A DNA stretch of 64,000 nucleotides from Bacilli bacterium (GCA_017398945.1 JAFQES010000018.1:74494-138493); one strand, 5' to 3'. Positions 46,008 to 54,799 are shown, counted from the first letter of the stretch. Numbers and translations: made by a program. Notes: a model not told the origin generated them from the sequence alone.

Positions 46008-46750
46008 AAAACACTTTCTCTCTTTCGTTTTATATTCACCACTACAATGGCAACCCCTGCAATAACGATTATAGAGCCTCCAGCAATAAATGCTACTTTA
46101 TGTTTTTTAACAAAATCCCCTATATTTTCGTACCATTTTTTATTCTCTTCTTTTTCTTTCTTTTCATTTTCTACTACTTCTAAGTATTCACTAATTTGTT
46201 CATATTGGTCAGCATATTCCATTTTGACAGTGATATACTTTTGACAAGGTAAATAATCAGTTATTCCTTCACACATTATTGTTTCATAAAAATCATTGTA
46301 CATTGGAGTAACTAGATAATTTGTAAAATATTTTTCATTCCTACAGTCGGTTTCATCTGAAGAATATATTTCAAATGTAAAATTAACTACATCATCTAAG
46401 TTATACCAATTTAAAGTATACATTCCATCGGTTGTATCTTTGTACCTAATGAATTTAACTTCATCGTTATAATCGTTCATAACTTTAACATATATTTCTT
46501 TCGTAATATTTGTAAAAATAATTTTAAAGTATTCTCGATATAGTTCAACTTCTCCAACAGTTTCATTTGTAGGAGCATATAAAGAAGAATCTACTTTTTG
46601 CGATGCTTCTTCATATACAGCTTTAACACTGCCAGCCACCTTACTTAATTCCACTTGTTTTTCATAAGAACATGCCGATGCAGCGTCTACTACATTTAGA
46701 TTTGTTAATGCAAGTATTCCAGCTAGTATTCCAACCACTTTTTTCTTCAT
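46004..46750 (-). CDS. Secreted protein with a C-terminal membrane anchor, first gene of the operon
   Basis: MKKKVVGILAGILALTNLNVVDA signal peptide, C-terminal TM segment VAFIAGGSIIVIAGVAIVVV, and an NIKRKRE tail. Its stop overlaps the next ATG (ATGA). Confidence 0.6.
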   Translation of the reverse strand: MKKKVVGILAGILALTNLNVVDAASACSYEKQVELSKVAGSVKAVYEEASQKVDSSLYAPTNETVGEVELYREYFKIIFTNITKEIYVKVMNDYNDEVKFIRYKDTTDGMYTLNWYNLDDVVNFTFEIYSSDETDCRNEKYFTNYLVTPMYNDFYETIMCEGITDYLPCQKYITVKMEYADQYEQISEYLEVVENEKKEKEENKKWYENIGDFVKKHKVAFIAGGSIIVIAGVAIVVVNIKRKRESVL

Positions 46751-46774
46751 AGTATACACCAACCTCTACATGTG

Positions 46775-46803
46775 ATTCTACCATAAATTAAAGAAGATAG
46801 CAA
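46775..46803 (-). promoter_or_regulatory. Promoter of the Tad-like operon (TTGCTA-17-TGgTAGAAT)
   Basis: The minus strand reads TTGCTAtcttctttaatttaTGgTAGAAT, about 25 nt upstream of the SD and ATG at 46750. Confidence 0.5.
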
Positions 46804-46876
46804 TTATAAATTAATAGTCATAAAAAGCTTTAAAATAATTAAAAATATGGTATATTATATACGAGGATGATAAAAA

Positions 46877-47548
46877 ATGATAGATGTTAAAGAAAAATCA
46901 AAAAATATTGGAAAGTTTTTAATAATTTTATTTTTATATTTTGCTTTATCTTATGTATTAGCTTTTGCTTTTCAAGAAGCTTTCAACTCAAAAAACAATT
47001 TAATAAATCAAACTAGTTCAATATTAGCAAGCCTATTTATATTATTAGTATTGGCACTTTTTCATATCCCGAAGATTATTAATGATTCTAGAAATTTAAC
47101 TAAAGATAATTTAAAATTAGCTTACAAAAATTGGTTAATTGGTTTAATTATAATGTATATTAGTAATACATTTATACTACTTATTAACAAAGATTTAGCT
47201 GCTAACGAAACCGCTAATCGCGCTATCTTAGAACAAGCACCTATATATGCAATTTTAGTTATGATAGTAATTGCCCCTATAACCGAGGAGATAATATTCA
47301 GATTATCACTAAAAAAAATTTTTAAAAGTAAATATACATACTGCTTCTTTTCCGGATTAATTTTTGGGCTTATGCATTTAACTTCAATTAAAGAAATATT
47401 ATTTATAGTTCCTTACGGAGCTTTGGGTTTTTTCTTCGCAAAAACTTTATATGATACTGATAACATTTTTGCTCCTACGATTACTCATATTACACATAAT
47501 GCAATGATCATATTTATTTTACTTGCCAGTAATTTTGTAGGTATTTAA
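46877..47548 (+). CDS. CPBP-family intramembrane glutamic endopeptidase (CAAX protease/Abi)
   Basis: Motifs ITEEIIFR, FGLMH and HITHN in a polytopic membrane protein. It is divergent from the Tad-like operon. Confidence 0.8.
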   Translation: MIDVKEKSKNIGKFLIILFLYFALSYVLAFAFQEAFNSKNNLINQTSSILASLFILLVLALFHIPKIINDSRNLTKDNLKLAYKNWLIGLIIMYISNTFILLINKDLAANETANRAILEQAPIYAILVMIVIAPITEEIIFRLSLKKIFKSKYTYCFFSGLIFGLMHLTSIKEILFIVPYGALGFFFAKTLYDTDNIFAPTITHITHNAMIIFILLASNFVGI

Positions 47549-47549
47549 G

Positions 47550-48323
47550 ATGAAGAAATATATAAAAATAGTATTATTTATCTTATTTTTTATTATTTTG
47601 GTAATAATGTTTGGCTTCTTAGAGACAAAACGTTTTAAAATAAAGGAATACAATATTATAGATAAATCTTTACCAAGTAGTTTTAACGGAATTAAAATAG
47701 TTCATTTCGGGGATATTTTATATGGGACTTCTATTAATAAAAATATGTTAAAAAAAATTATTAACGAAATAAATACTTTAAAACCAGATATAGTCATTTT
47801 TACTGGAGACTTATATCCAGAAGGTATTAAATTAACTAAAGATAACGAAAAAGACATAAAAAATATTTTAGGAAAAATTGATGCAAGTTTATATAAATAT
47901 GCTATTAAAGGAGATAATGATACTGATAATTATAATCATATTATGAGTGAAGCAGGTTTTATTTTATTAGATAATACCAAAGAAAAACTTTATTATAAAG
48001 GAAATACTCCAATAATTATTAGCAATACAACCTGTGAAGAAGATTTGTTTTCTATAAGATTAATCCATAAGCCTGATGATGTTGATAATTTAGATTTTAC
48101 TAACATTAATCTTATCATTGCTGGTCATAGTTTAAATGGACAAATTAGAATTCCTTTTTATGGCGGAGCCATAAAAAAAGAAGGTAGTAAGAAATATCTT
48201 GACGAGAAATATATGGTTAATAATATTCCATTTTATATTACCAACGGACTAGGAACAAACTCATTTAAATTTCGTCTATTTAATACACCTTCATTTAATT
48301 TATATCGTTTAACTAATTATTAG
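47550..48323 (+). CDS. Membrane-anchored metallophosphoesterase
   Basis: HFGDILYG, FTGDL, GDND and AGHSLNGQIR motifs, with an N-terminal TM segment. Confidence 0.75.
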   Translation: MKKYIKIVLFILFFIILVIMFGFLETKRFKIKEYNIIDKSLPSSFNGIKIVHFGDILYGTSINKNMLKKIINEINTLKPDIVIFTGDLYPEGIKLTKDNEKDIKNILGKIDASLYKYAIKGDNDTDNYNHIMSEAGFILLDNTKEKLYYKGNTPIIISNTTCEEDLFSIRLIHKPDDVDNLDFTNINLIIAGHSLNGQIRIPFYGGAIKKEGSKKYLDEKYMVNNIPFYITNGLGTNSFKFRLFNTPSFNLYRLTNY

Positions 48324-49023
48324 TTAAAATTTCTCTCTTAAGTTTTTGAATTTGTGGTTGATACACAAATTCATTTTTTGTATAACGAATAATCGCTTTA
48401 ATAGTATCAATAGTAATTTTTTCGTTTTTTCTATTATTTAGAATTTCTTTTATCCCTTCAGGAATATTTAAATCAGGTATTTCTTCAGCATTAATTATTG
48501 AAAAATCTAATCCATACAAAACACTTAAAACTAATACGCAAAAATTATAATCTAATAATGGAGTATCGAATTGTTCATGCATTATTACATCAATTAAAAA
48601 ATGCGGATTTATTAACCTTATTTTTTGGGAATTTTCTACTAACAGATCTTCTAAACACCAATTTGTATATGCACTATTATTATTTAATAATTTTTCATAT
48701 AAATCGACTAAGTTTTGAGCAATAGCTTTTCTATCCGCCAAATCAGGTAAATTTTCAATAATTTTGACACCATCTACACCATAAGTAAGGCTTGTTACAT
48801 ATCCAACACATTTGCCTTTATTAATAATTAGACAGCTAATCGGTATTACACAAGTTTCATTTTCTTGCGAAATATCTTTCCAATCTAACGCATCAGATAA
48901 TTTAACCTTGCTATTAAAAATAGTATAACAATGGCTATAGCCTCTGTAAACTTTCAATTCATTATTTTCTTTTTCTAAATATTTATTGTTTAAATCTACT
49001 TTTTTTAAAGAAATAAAATTCAT
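48313..49023 (-). CDS. Mini protein-kinase-like fold protein, paralogue 3 (possibly catalytically degenerate)
   Basis: Collinear with 22476..23135 and 23138..23926. It has LKVYRG, CLEDLLVEN in place of the GD...N loop, and RLINPHF where the others have IDLDF/IDFDF. Confidence 0.45.
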   Translation of the reverse strand: MNFISLKKVDLNNKYLEKENNELKVYRGYSHCYTIFNSKVKLSDALDWKDISQENETCVIPISCLIINKGKCVGYVTSLTYGVDGVKIIENLPDLADRKAIAQNLVDLYEKLLNNNSAYTNWCLEDLLVENSQKIRLINPHFLIDVIMHEQFDTPLLDYNFCVLVLSVLYGLDFSIINAEEIPDLNIPEGIKEILNNRKNEKITIDTIKAIIRYTKNEFVYQPQIQKLKREILTNN

Positions 49024-49198
49024 TTAATCCACCTCTTCTAAAGATTATACTATAAAACTATTTTTAAGCAATTATTTTTGCAAAAGCTAACAAGTTTGAC
49101 CATCGCAATTTTTTCTTACATTATTCTTTGCTTCAATAATTTTCATATGACTTTTCTCACGTATTTTTAATTATACATAAGATTAACTATTTTGCAAT

Positions 49199-49221
49199 CT
49201 AAAAAAGGACTAAAGTCCTTT
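49199..49221 (-). terminator. Rho-independent terminator after the CotY/CotZ-like gene
   Basis: The minus strand reads aaggac-ttta-gtcctt followed by T5. It overlaps the stop codon. Confidence 0.6.
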
Positions 49222-49663
49222 AGCAAACACAATCTACAAAAGTATCTGATAAACATTTTATGGCACATATACAATTACAATTCATAGTAAAGAATGAGTT
49301 TGTTGAAACATATGGATTTAAACTTGTTGGATCTGGATTTTCTTGTAATACCCTAAAAGTAGCACAACATCCTTCAATTTTTTCTACTCTAAACACTGTT
49401 GAGCATGTTTCTGACACAGTACCCACTTCACAAGTTGTTGTAGTATCTTTAGAAATTGGCATACTCCATGGAGCCCCATTTCCACAACAAGTATAAAGCA
49501 TTACTGGTCTTGTATTACAAATCAAACAATTTGGTCCTCCACCTAAAACTGGACGATCACAGCTATCTAAGCAATTATCTGGGCATGCATTTTCTTGTAA
49601 AACTAAAATAACTTTTAAGATTTCCATAATGCAGTTGCTTTGATTGTTTTCATTATTGCACAT
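49220..49663 (-). CDS. Cysteine-rich spore coat/exosporium protein, CotY/CotZ/ExsY family
   Basis: CIMEILKVILVLQENAC, FRVEKIEGCCATFRVL and CNCICAIKCLS are collinear with B. subtilis CotY (CVCDAVEKILAEQE, FRVEKLCDCCATLSIL, CFCAIQCLS). Confidence 0.8.
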   Translation of the reverse strand: MCNNENNQSNCIMEILKVILVLQENACPDNCLDSCDRPVLGGGPNCLICNTRPVMLYTCCGNGAPWSMPISKDTTTTCEVGTVSETCSTVFRVEKIEGCCATFRVLQENPDPTSLNPYVSTNSFFTMNCNCICAIKCLSDTFVDCVC

Positions 49664-49694
49664 ATCTTTTCACCCTTTCATGTATTCTCATTAA

Positions 49695-49721
49695 TAATTT
49701 ATGATTATTATTTAAAATCGT
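49695..49721 (-). promoter_or_regulatory. Possible SigK-type promoter (AC-16-CATAAATTA) for the coat gene
   Basis: The minus strand reads AC gattttaaataataat CATAAATTA, matching AC-N16/17-CATAnnnTA. The information content is low in AT-rich DNA. Confidence 0.25.
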
Positions 49722-49781
49722 GATTATAAAATAATGTTTTATTTTTAAATAATTTAGTGTATAATTGTTTTAGGTGATAAT

Positions 49782-50099
49782 ATGTCAACAATGATTCAAT
49801 ATATTATAATTATATTTATTATGGTTATTATAGCTGCTGTTATAGTAAAAACTTCTAAAAAAGATTTTAATATTCAAGCAAACAAATTAATTACTTATTT
49901 AGGAGGCAAAGATAATATTATTAACGCTCAATGTAATATGTCGAGATTTAAAGTAATTTTAAAAGATGTTAGTATTGTTGATAAAGATGCTATTTTAAAA
50001 TTAGGCGCTACTGGTGTTGTTGAGATAGATAATCAATTAAAAATAATTTTAGGAAAAGATGCTCGACAATTAAAAAAATATATTGATGAATTATTATAA
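49782..50099 (+). CDS. Membrane-anchored PTS EIIB(Glc)-like domain protein
   Basis: N-terminal TM segment, then YLGGKDNIINAQCNMSRFKVILKD...GATGVVEIDNQLKIILG, resembling the EIIB LGGxxNI...C(I/A)TRLR pattern with an altered motif. Confidence 0.55.
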   Translation: MSTMIQYIIIIFIMVIIAAVIVKTSKKDFNIQANKLITYLGGKDNIINAQCNMSRFKVILKDVSIVDKDAILKLGATGVVEIDNQLKIILGKDARQLKKYIDELL

Positions 50100-50115
50100 G
50101 AAGAAAAATATCTTC

Positions 50116-50421
50116 TTATTTTTTTTTAATATCAATTATTTCATTTAATCTAATAGTTTTTCCTGTCATAGTTAAAATACTATTTGCTGTTTTTCCAATA
50201 ATAACTTCCTCTTTTTCTCCGTCTTTTGTCGTTATTAATACAATACTTTTAAATATATGGTCAGATGAATTAAAAATATTATTAATTTTTTTAATGATTT
50301 CATTTAAACTAAAGCTTCTATTTGATTGACTAATATTAACATTTCCATAAAATATTTCTTGTGTGTTATTCAGTTTCTTATTAAAATGGTTAGCAAATAC
50401 TTTTGGTAACTTTTTTTCCAC
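50116..50421 (-). CDS. Hypothetical small protein
   Basis: 101 aa. No motif recognised. The C-terminal half is beta-rich (SIVLITTKDGEKEEVIIGKTANSILTMTGKTIRL). Confidence 0.4.
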   Translation of the reverse strand: MEKKLPKVFANHFNKKLNNTQEIFYGNVNISQSNRSFSLNEIIKKINNIFNSSDHIFKSIVLITTKDGEKEEVIIGKTANSILTMTGKTIRLNEIIDIKKK

Positions 50422-50480
50422 TTATACCACCTCACAATATTTTATGATAATCGTCATGTTTTGAGACATAATATAAATAT

Positions 50481-51551
50481 ATGAAAAAAAGAGTAAAAGA
50501 AAATAATCTGTTTATTTACATCCCCGTTCTTATTATTTTATTAATAAGCATTTTTGTTTTGTCAAAGTATCCCCTAGATAGTTATATGCTAAAGCAAGTT
50601 TTATGGATAGTAATTGGATTAGTTATCTTTTTTATCGTTAAGAAATTTAAAATTAAAATACTTTTCGCTTATAGTCATTGGATTTATTTATTTAATGTTA
50701 TTTTACTTATCTTAGTTTTGTTTATAGGTAAAGAAATAAATGGAGCTAAAGCGTGGTTTGACTTTAAATATTTTTCTTTTCAACCAAGTGAACTTATGAA
50801 AGTTAGTTTAGCTTTATATTTATATCAGATTGTTAATACAAACTTTCCTAAACATTTTAAAGAAGAAATTCTATTAATTTGTAAAATTAGTTTCATTTTT
50901 CTTTTACCAGCTATTTTAGTTTTTTTAGAGCCTGATACGGGTGCTATTATTTTATATTTTATAATTACAATTGTAGCTTTGTATTTTGCCAAAATTAGGC
51001 GAAATTGGTTTATTATGATATTTGGATTATTAATATGTTTATTAGTTATATTTTTTATTTTGTATTTTGGAAACCAAAATTTATTAATAAAGTTAATTGG
51101 AACTAGTTTTTTTTATCGGGTTGATCGACTGATTTCTTTTGCAAACAATTCTGGTTATCAAATAAATCAAGCGTTAATAGCTATTGGGTCTGCAGGTTTA
51201 TTTGGAAAAAAACATTCTTTACACATCCCAGAAGCAACAACTGATTTTATTTTTGCTTTTATGATAAGTAAGTTTGGCTTTATTATGGCAATTATTATTC
51301 TAGGATGTTATTTATTAATAGATATTTACTTTATAAAACTAATATTAAAAACTAAGAATCTCTTTATTTCTATGTTTTTCTTTATGTTTTTATTTCAACA
51401 AATACAAAATATTTTAATGAATATAGGATTATTTCCTATTATGGGAATTCCTTTGCCATTCTTATCTTATGGAGGCACTAATACTATTATTTATTTTATT
51501 TTTTTGGGAATAGTTTTAAACATTAAAAAAGTTAGAAATTTTTCTTTCTAA
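50481..51551 (+). CDS. FtsW/RodA/SpoVE-family peptidoglycan polymerase
   Basis: FQPSELMK, EPDTG, PEATTDFIF and GIPLPFLSYGGT motifs, with 9-10 TM segments. Confidence 0.85.
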   Translation: MKKRVKENNLFIYIPVLIILLISIFVLSKYPLDSYMLKQVLWIVIGLVIFFIVKKFKIKILFAYSHWIYLFNVILLILVLFIGKEINGAKAWFDFKYFSFQPSELMKVSLALYLYQIVNTNFPKHFKEEILLICKISFIFLLPAILVFLEPDTGAIILYFIITIVALYFAKIRRNWFIMIFGLLICLLVIFFILYFGNQNLLIKLIGTSFFYRVDRLISFANNSGYQINQALIAIGSAGLFGKKHSLHIPEATTDFIFAFMISKFGFIMAIIILGCYLLIDIYFIKLILKTKNLFISMFFFMFLFQQIQNILMNIGLFPIMGIPLPFLSYGGTNTIIYFIFLGIVLNIKKVRNFSF

Positions 51552-52496
51552 CTATTTTGTTAATCCTCTTGTCATATCATTCTGTCTTCTTTGTAGATCT
51601 GCTAAAAACTCTTGATAAACCCGAATATTATATTCCCTAGCTAGTTCTGCTACCTCAACAGTGAGATAAACCCCATTATAAGTAGCGGCAACTTTTCCAT
51701 CTATTACAACGTCTACCAAAGCTGTAAATTCATTAGCTAGATAAATGTAACAACTTATCGCTCCTTTGCAATTACTATCTGTTATAAATTCTTCAGGGAA
51801 TTGATTCCAAAATCCTTCTAAATCTGCCATTACATTTTGATCTAAATGCTCTTTTGAGTATCCTGTTAGAACAAGTACTTGTATTAATTTCATATAATTT
51901 TTATTATCTTCATAAACAGCATTAATATCTTTGGTTGGAGAATTTACAAACATCGGAAATTGAATATCATTATTATTCGTATTCCCTTTAATTAGAAACG
52001 CCAAAGCTGCTGCTGTTTTTAAATCATTATCTTTTGCTATATCTTCTTCATAAACATTTTGAATTATTTCTAAAGGCGTTCTTCCTGCACTTTTTTCGTT
52101 CCATACACCCATATAATAATTACATAAATCGTCTAAATCGTTAAATCTACTTGATGATATTATTCTATCTTCAGATATTTCATATGTAGTAGTTGTTTCA
52201 ACTATATTAGTACTTTCAGCAAATTTATTTATTGAAGCTTCTGGGTTAGTTTCAGTAACAAATCCAAATATTGATGTTGTTGGTTCCTCAACTACAAAAG
52301 TTTTTCCACTTATATTATATTCATTACTTGTGGGTATTTGTCCTTTATATTCCTGAGACTGTTCAGTAGTAGCTTCAAGATATTCTGGCTCATTATTATT
52401 TATGTGATGAGTAACGGCAATCCCTCCACCTACTGCTACAGCACCGGCAACTCCAATAGCAGTTGCTTTCTTACTTATATCACTAAATTCACTCAT
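51552..52496 (-). CDS. Membrane-anchored protein, function unknown
   Basis: 314 aa with an N-terminal Gly/Ala-rich TM segment (AIGVAGAVAVGGGIAV). No motif recognised. Confidence 0.45.
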   Translation of the reverse strand: MSEFSDISKKATAIGVAGAVAVGGGIAVTHHINNNEPEYLEATTEQSQEYKGQIPTSNEYNISGKTFVVEEPTTSIFGFVTETNPEASINKFAESTNIVETTTTYEISEDRIISSSRFNDLDDLCNYYMGVWNEKSAGRTPLEIIQNVYEEDIAKDNDLKTAAALAFLIKGNTNNNDIQFPMFVNSPTKDINAVYEDNKNYMKLIQVLVLTGYSKEHLDQNVMADLEGFWNQFPEEFITDSNCKGAISCYIYLANEFTALVDVVIDGKVAATYNGVYLTVEVAELAREYNIRVYQEFLADLQRRQNDMTRGLTK

Positions 52497-52510
52497 TTTT
52501 TATTCTCCTT

Positions 52511-54061
52511 TTATTTTGCTTCTTCTTGCGCTCTTGTTTCTCTTACTACCGTAATTTTAATTGTACCAGGATATTGCATTTCGGATTCAATTTTTTCTTT
52601 TATTTCACGAGCCATTTTGTAACTAGATAGGTCATCTACTTCATCAGGTTTTACGATAACTCTTACTTCTCTTCCCGCTTGCATTGCATAGGCTTTATCT
52701 ACTCCTTCATAAGAGTTTCCAATTTCTTCTAATTGAGCAATTCTTTTAACATAGTTTTCTAAAGAATCGTTTCTTGCTCCAGGACGAGCTGCTGATAATG
52801 TATCAGCTATTTCAACCAGGATAGAAATAATATATTTTTGTTCCGTATCATGGTGATGCGATGCAATAGCATTTATAACAACATCATCTTCACGATATTT
52901 CTTAGCTATTTCTTCACCTAGTTCAACATGGCTTCCTTCAACTTCAAAGTCAATTGATTTACCAATATCATGTAGTAAACCAGCTCTTTTAGCTAAAGAG
53001 ACATTTTCTCCTAACTCGCTAGCCATTAAACCAGCTAAATGAGCTACTTGTAAACTGTGAGTTAAAGCATTTTGACCATAGCTTGTTCTAAATTTCAATT
53101 TACCAATTAAAGTAATTAATTCCGGATCTATTTTACCTAGTTTAAGTTCATAAATAGCATCGTTACCAATTTCGGTAATTTTATTTTGCATATCTTTACT
53201 TACTTTATCATATACTTCTTCAATTCTAGCTGGATGAATTCTTCCGTCTTTAATTAAAGTTTCGATAGTAATTTTAGCTATTTCTCTTCTTAATGGGTCA
53301 AAACTGGAAATAACAATTGCTTCTGGAGTATCATCAATAATTAAATCTACTCCTGTTACTGATTCAATCGTACGAATGTTTCTTCCTTCTCTTCCGATTA
53401 AGCGACCTTTCATTTCATCGTTAGGAAGGGCAATTGTACCTACAGTAATTTCTTCTACAACATCACTAGCATAACGTTGCATGCTATTTACTAATAAATT
53501 TTTAGCTTTTTCATTAGCTTCTAATTTAGCTTTCGCTTCTTCTTCTTTTAAGTATTCATTAATTTCACTAGCCATTTGTTCTTCCACTTTTCTCATAATT
53601 GTATCATGAGCTTTTTCTTTAGAAAATTTGGCTATTTTTTCTAATTCTTCTAATTCTTTTTTTAGAAGTTCTTCCACTTTAACTTCTTTTTCTTGTAAAC
53701 TTTTTTGCTTTTCTAATAAATTATTTTCTTTTTCTTCTAATATTTCATCTCTTTTTTGAAGCATTTCTTCTCTTTTATCTAGACTTTTTTCTCTAGTTAA
53801 AAGTCTTTCTTCACTATCTTTAATCTCTGATTTTTTTTCTTTTACTTCAGCATCTACTTGTTGTTTTAATTTGTAAGATTCTTCTTTTAATTCTAGTAAG
53901 GTATCTCTTTTATGTTTATCTGCTTCTTTTTTAGCATCTTCAATTAATTTATTAGCTTTCGCTTCTACACTTTTATTTTTAATAAAGTTTATGATAACTA
54001 CAATAATAGCTCCTACAAAAAGTCCAATCATAAGAGTTAAAATGGCTTGTGCATTATCCAT
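52511..54061 (-). CDS. rny: Ribonuclease Y
   Basis: N-terminal TM segment, long coiled coil, KH domain (LIGREGRNIRTIE), and HD domain (LLHDIGKS, HH). Confidence 0.95.
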   Translation of the reverse strand: MDNAQAILTLMIGLFVGAIIVVIINFIKNKSVEAKANKLIEDAKKEADKHKRDTLLELKEESYKLKQQVDAEVKEKKSEIKDSEERLLTREKSLDKREEMLQKRDEILEEKENNLLEKQKSLQEKEVKVEELLKKELEELEKIAKFSKEKAHDTIMRKVEEQMASEINEYLKEEEAKAKLEANEKAKNLLVNSMQRYASDVVEEITVGTIALPNDEMKGRLIGREGRNIRTIESVTGVDLIIDDTPEAIVISSFDPLRREIAKITIETLIKDGRIHPARIEEVYDKVSKDMQNKITEIGNDAIYELKLGKIDPELITLIGKLKFRTSYGQNALTHSLQVAHLAGLMASELGENVSLAKRAGLLHDIGKSIDFEVEGSHVELGEEIAKKYREDDVVINAIASHHHDTEQKYIISILVEIADTLSAARPGARNDSLENYVKRIAQLEEIGNSYEGVDKAYAMQAGREVRVIVKPDEVDDLSSYKMAREIKEKIESEMQYPGTIKITVVRETRAQEEAK

Positions 54062-54184
54062 TTTAATTCCTCCATTTTTTATTTATAGTAATTTAATATA
54101 AACTATCTATACTTTAATTATAAAAGTTTTATAATTATTTAGCAAGAATTTTAAACACAAAAAAAGGAATTTTGCATTCCTTAA

Positions 54185-54652
54185 TTATTTTCTTATTAAA
54201 GTTTGTGGCGCTTCTGTCAGATTTCCAACTTTTTCACAGCCAATATTTGGTTTTTGGGACAAATCTTCCGCTTCATTACAAATACAAGTTTTGTACTTTC
54301 CTTCCAAAAAATATTTATTTAATTTTAAATCAGCAATTTTTTGATGACAAGCTTTACGATCTTTATGTGTACTAAAAAGAATTGTTCCTGCCATTAGCGT
54401 ATTACCTGCAGTTAGTGATAGCAAATAAGTTTTTACAGTTTCATAAAGTTCTTCCGTAATTACTGTTTCTGGTTCAATATTAAAGTATCTAAATATAGCA
54501 TTTACTGCACTAAGACCAAATACTGATATAATCCAGTAAGTTAATATTAACATTAATCTTTCTGAACGTATCAATGAATTATAGTACTTAATTGTTTGTT
54601 TATTGTTATAATCTAATTTTTCAAATAAATTATCGCAATTTTTTTTATTCAT
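54185..54652 (-). CDS. Two-TM membrane protein, function unknown
   Basis: MNKKNCDNLFEKLD... with TM segments MLILTYWIISVFGLSAV and LLSLTAGNTLMAGTILF. AGGAGG lies before the ATG at 54652. Confidence 0.45.
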   Translation of the reverse strand: MNKKNCDNLFEKLDYNNKQTIKYYNSLIRSERLMLILTYWIISVFGLSAVNAIFRYFNIEPETVITEELYETVKTYLLSLTAGNTLMAGTILFSTHKDRKACHQKIADLKLNKYFLEGKYKTCICNEAEDLSQKPNIGCEKVGNLTEAPQTLIRK

Positions 54653-54799
54653 AATTTTTCCTCCTAATAAAAAACTCATTGTAAATACAATGAGTCCTAA
54701 AAATCAATTTTACTTGTTTCTTAAAACCCCTAAAATATTTACAAGTAATTAAATTATATCATAAACATCTATTTTTGTCAAATTCGTGTAAACATTATA

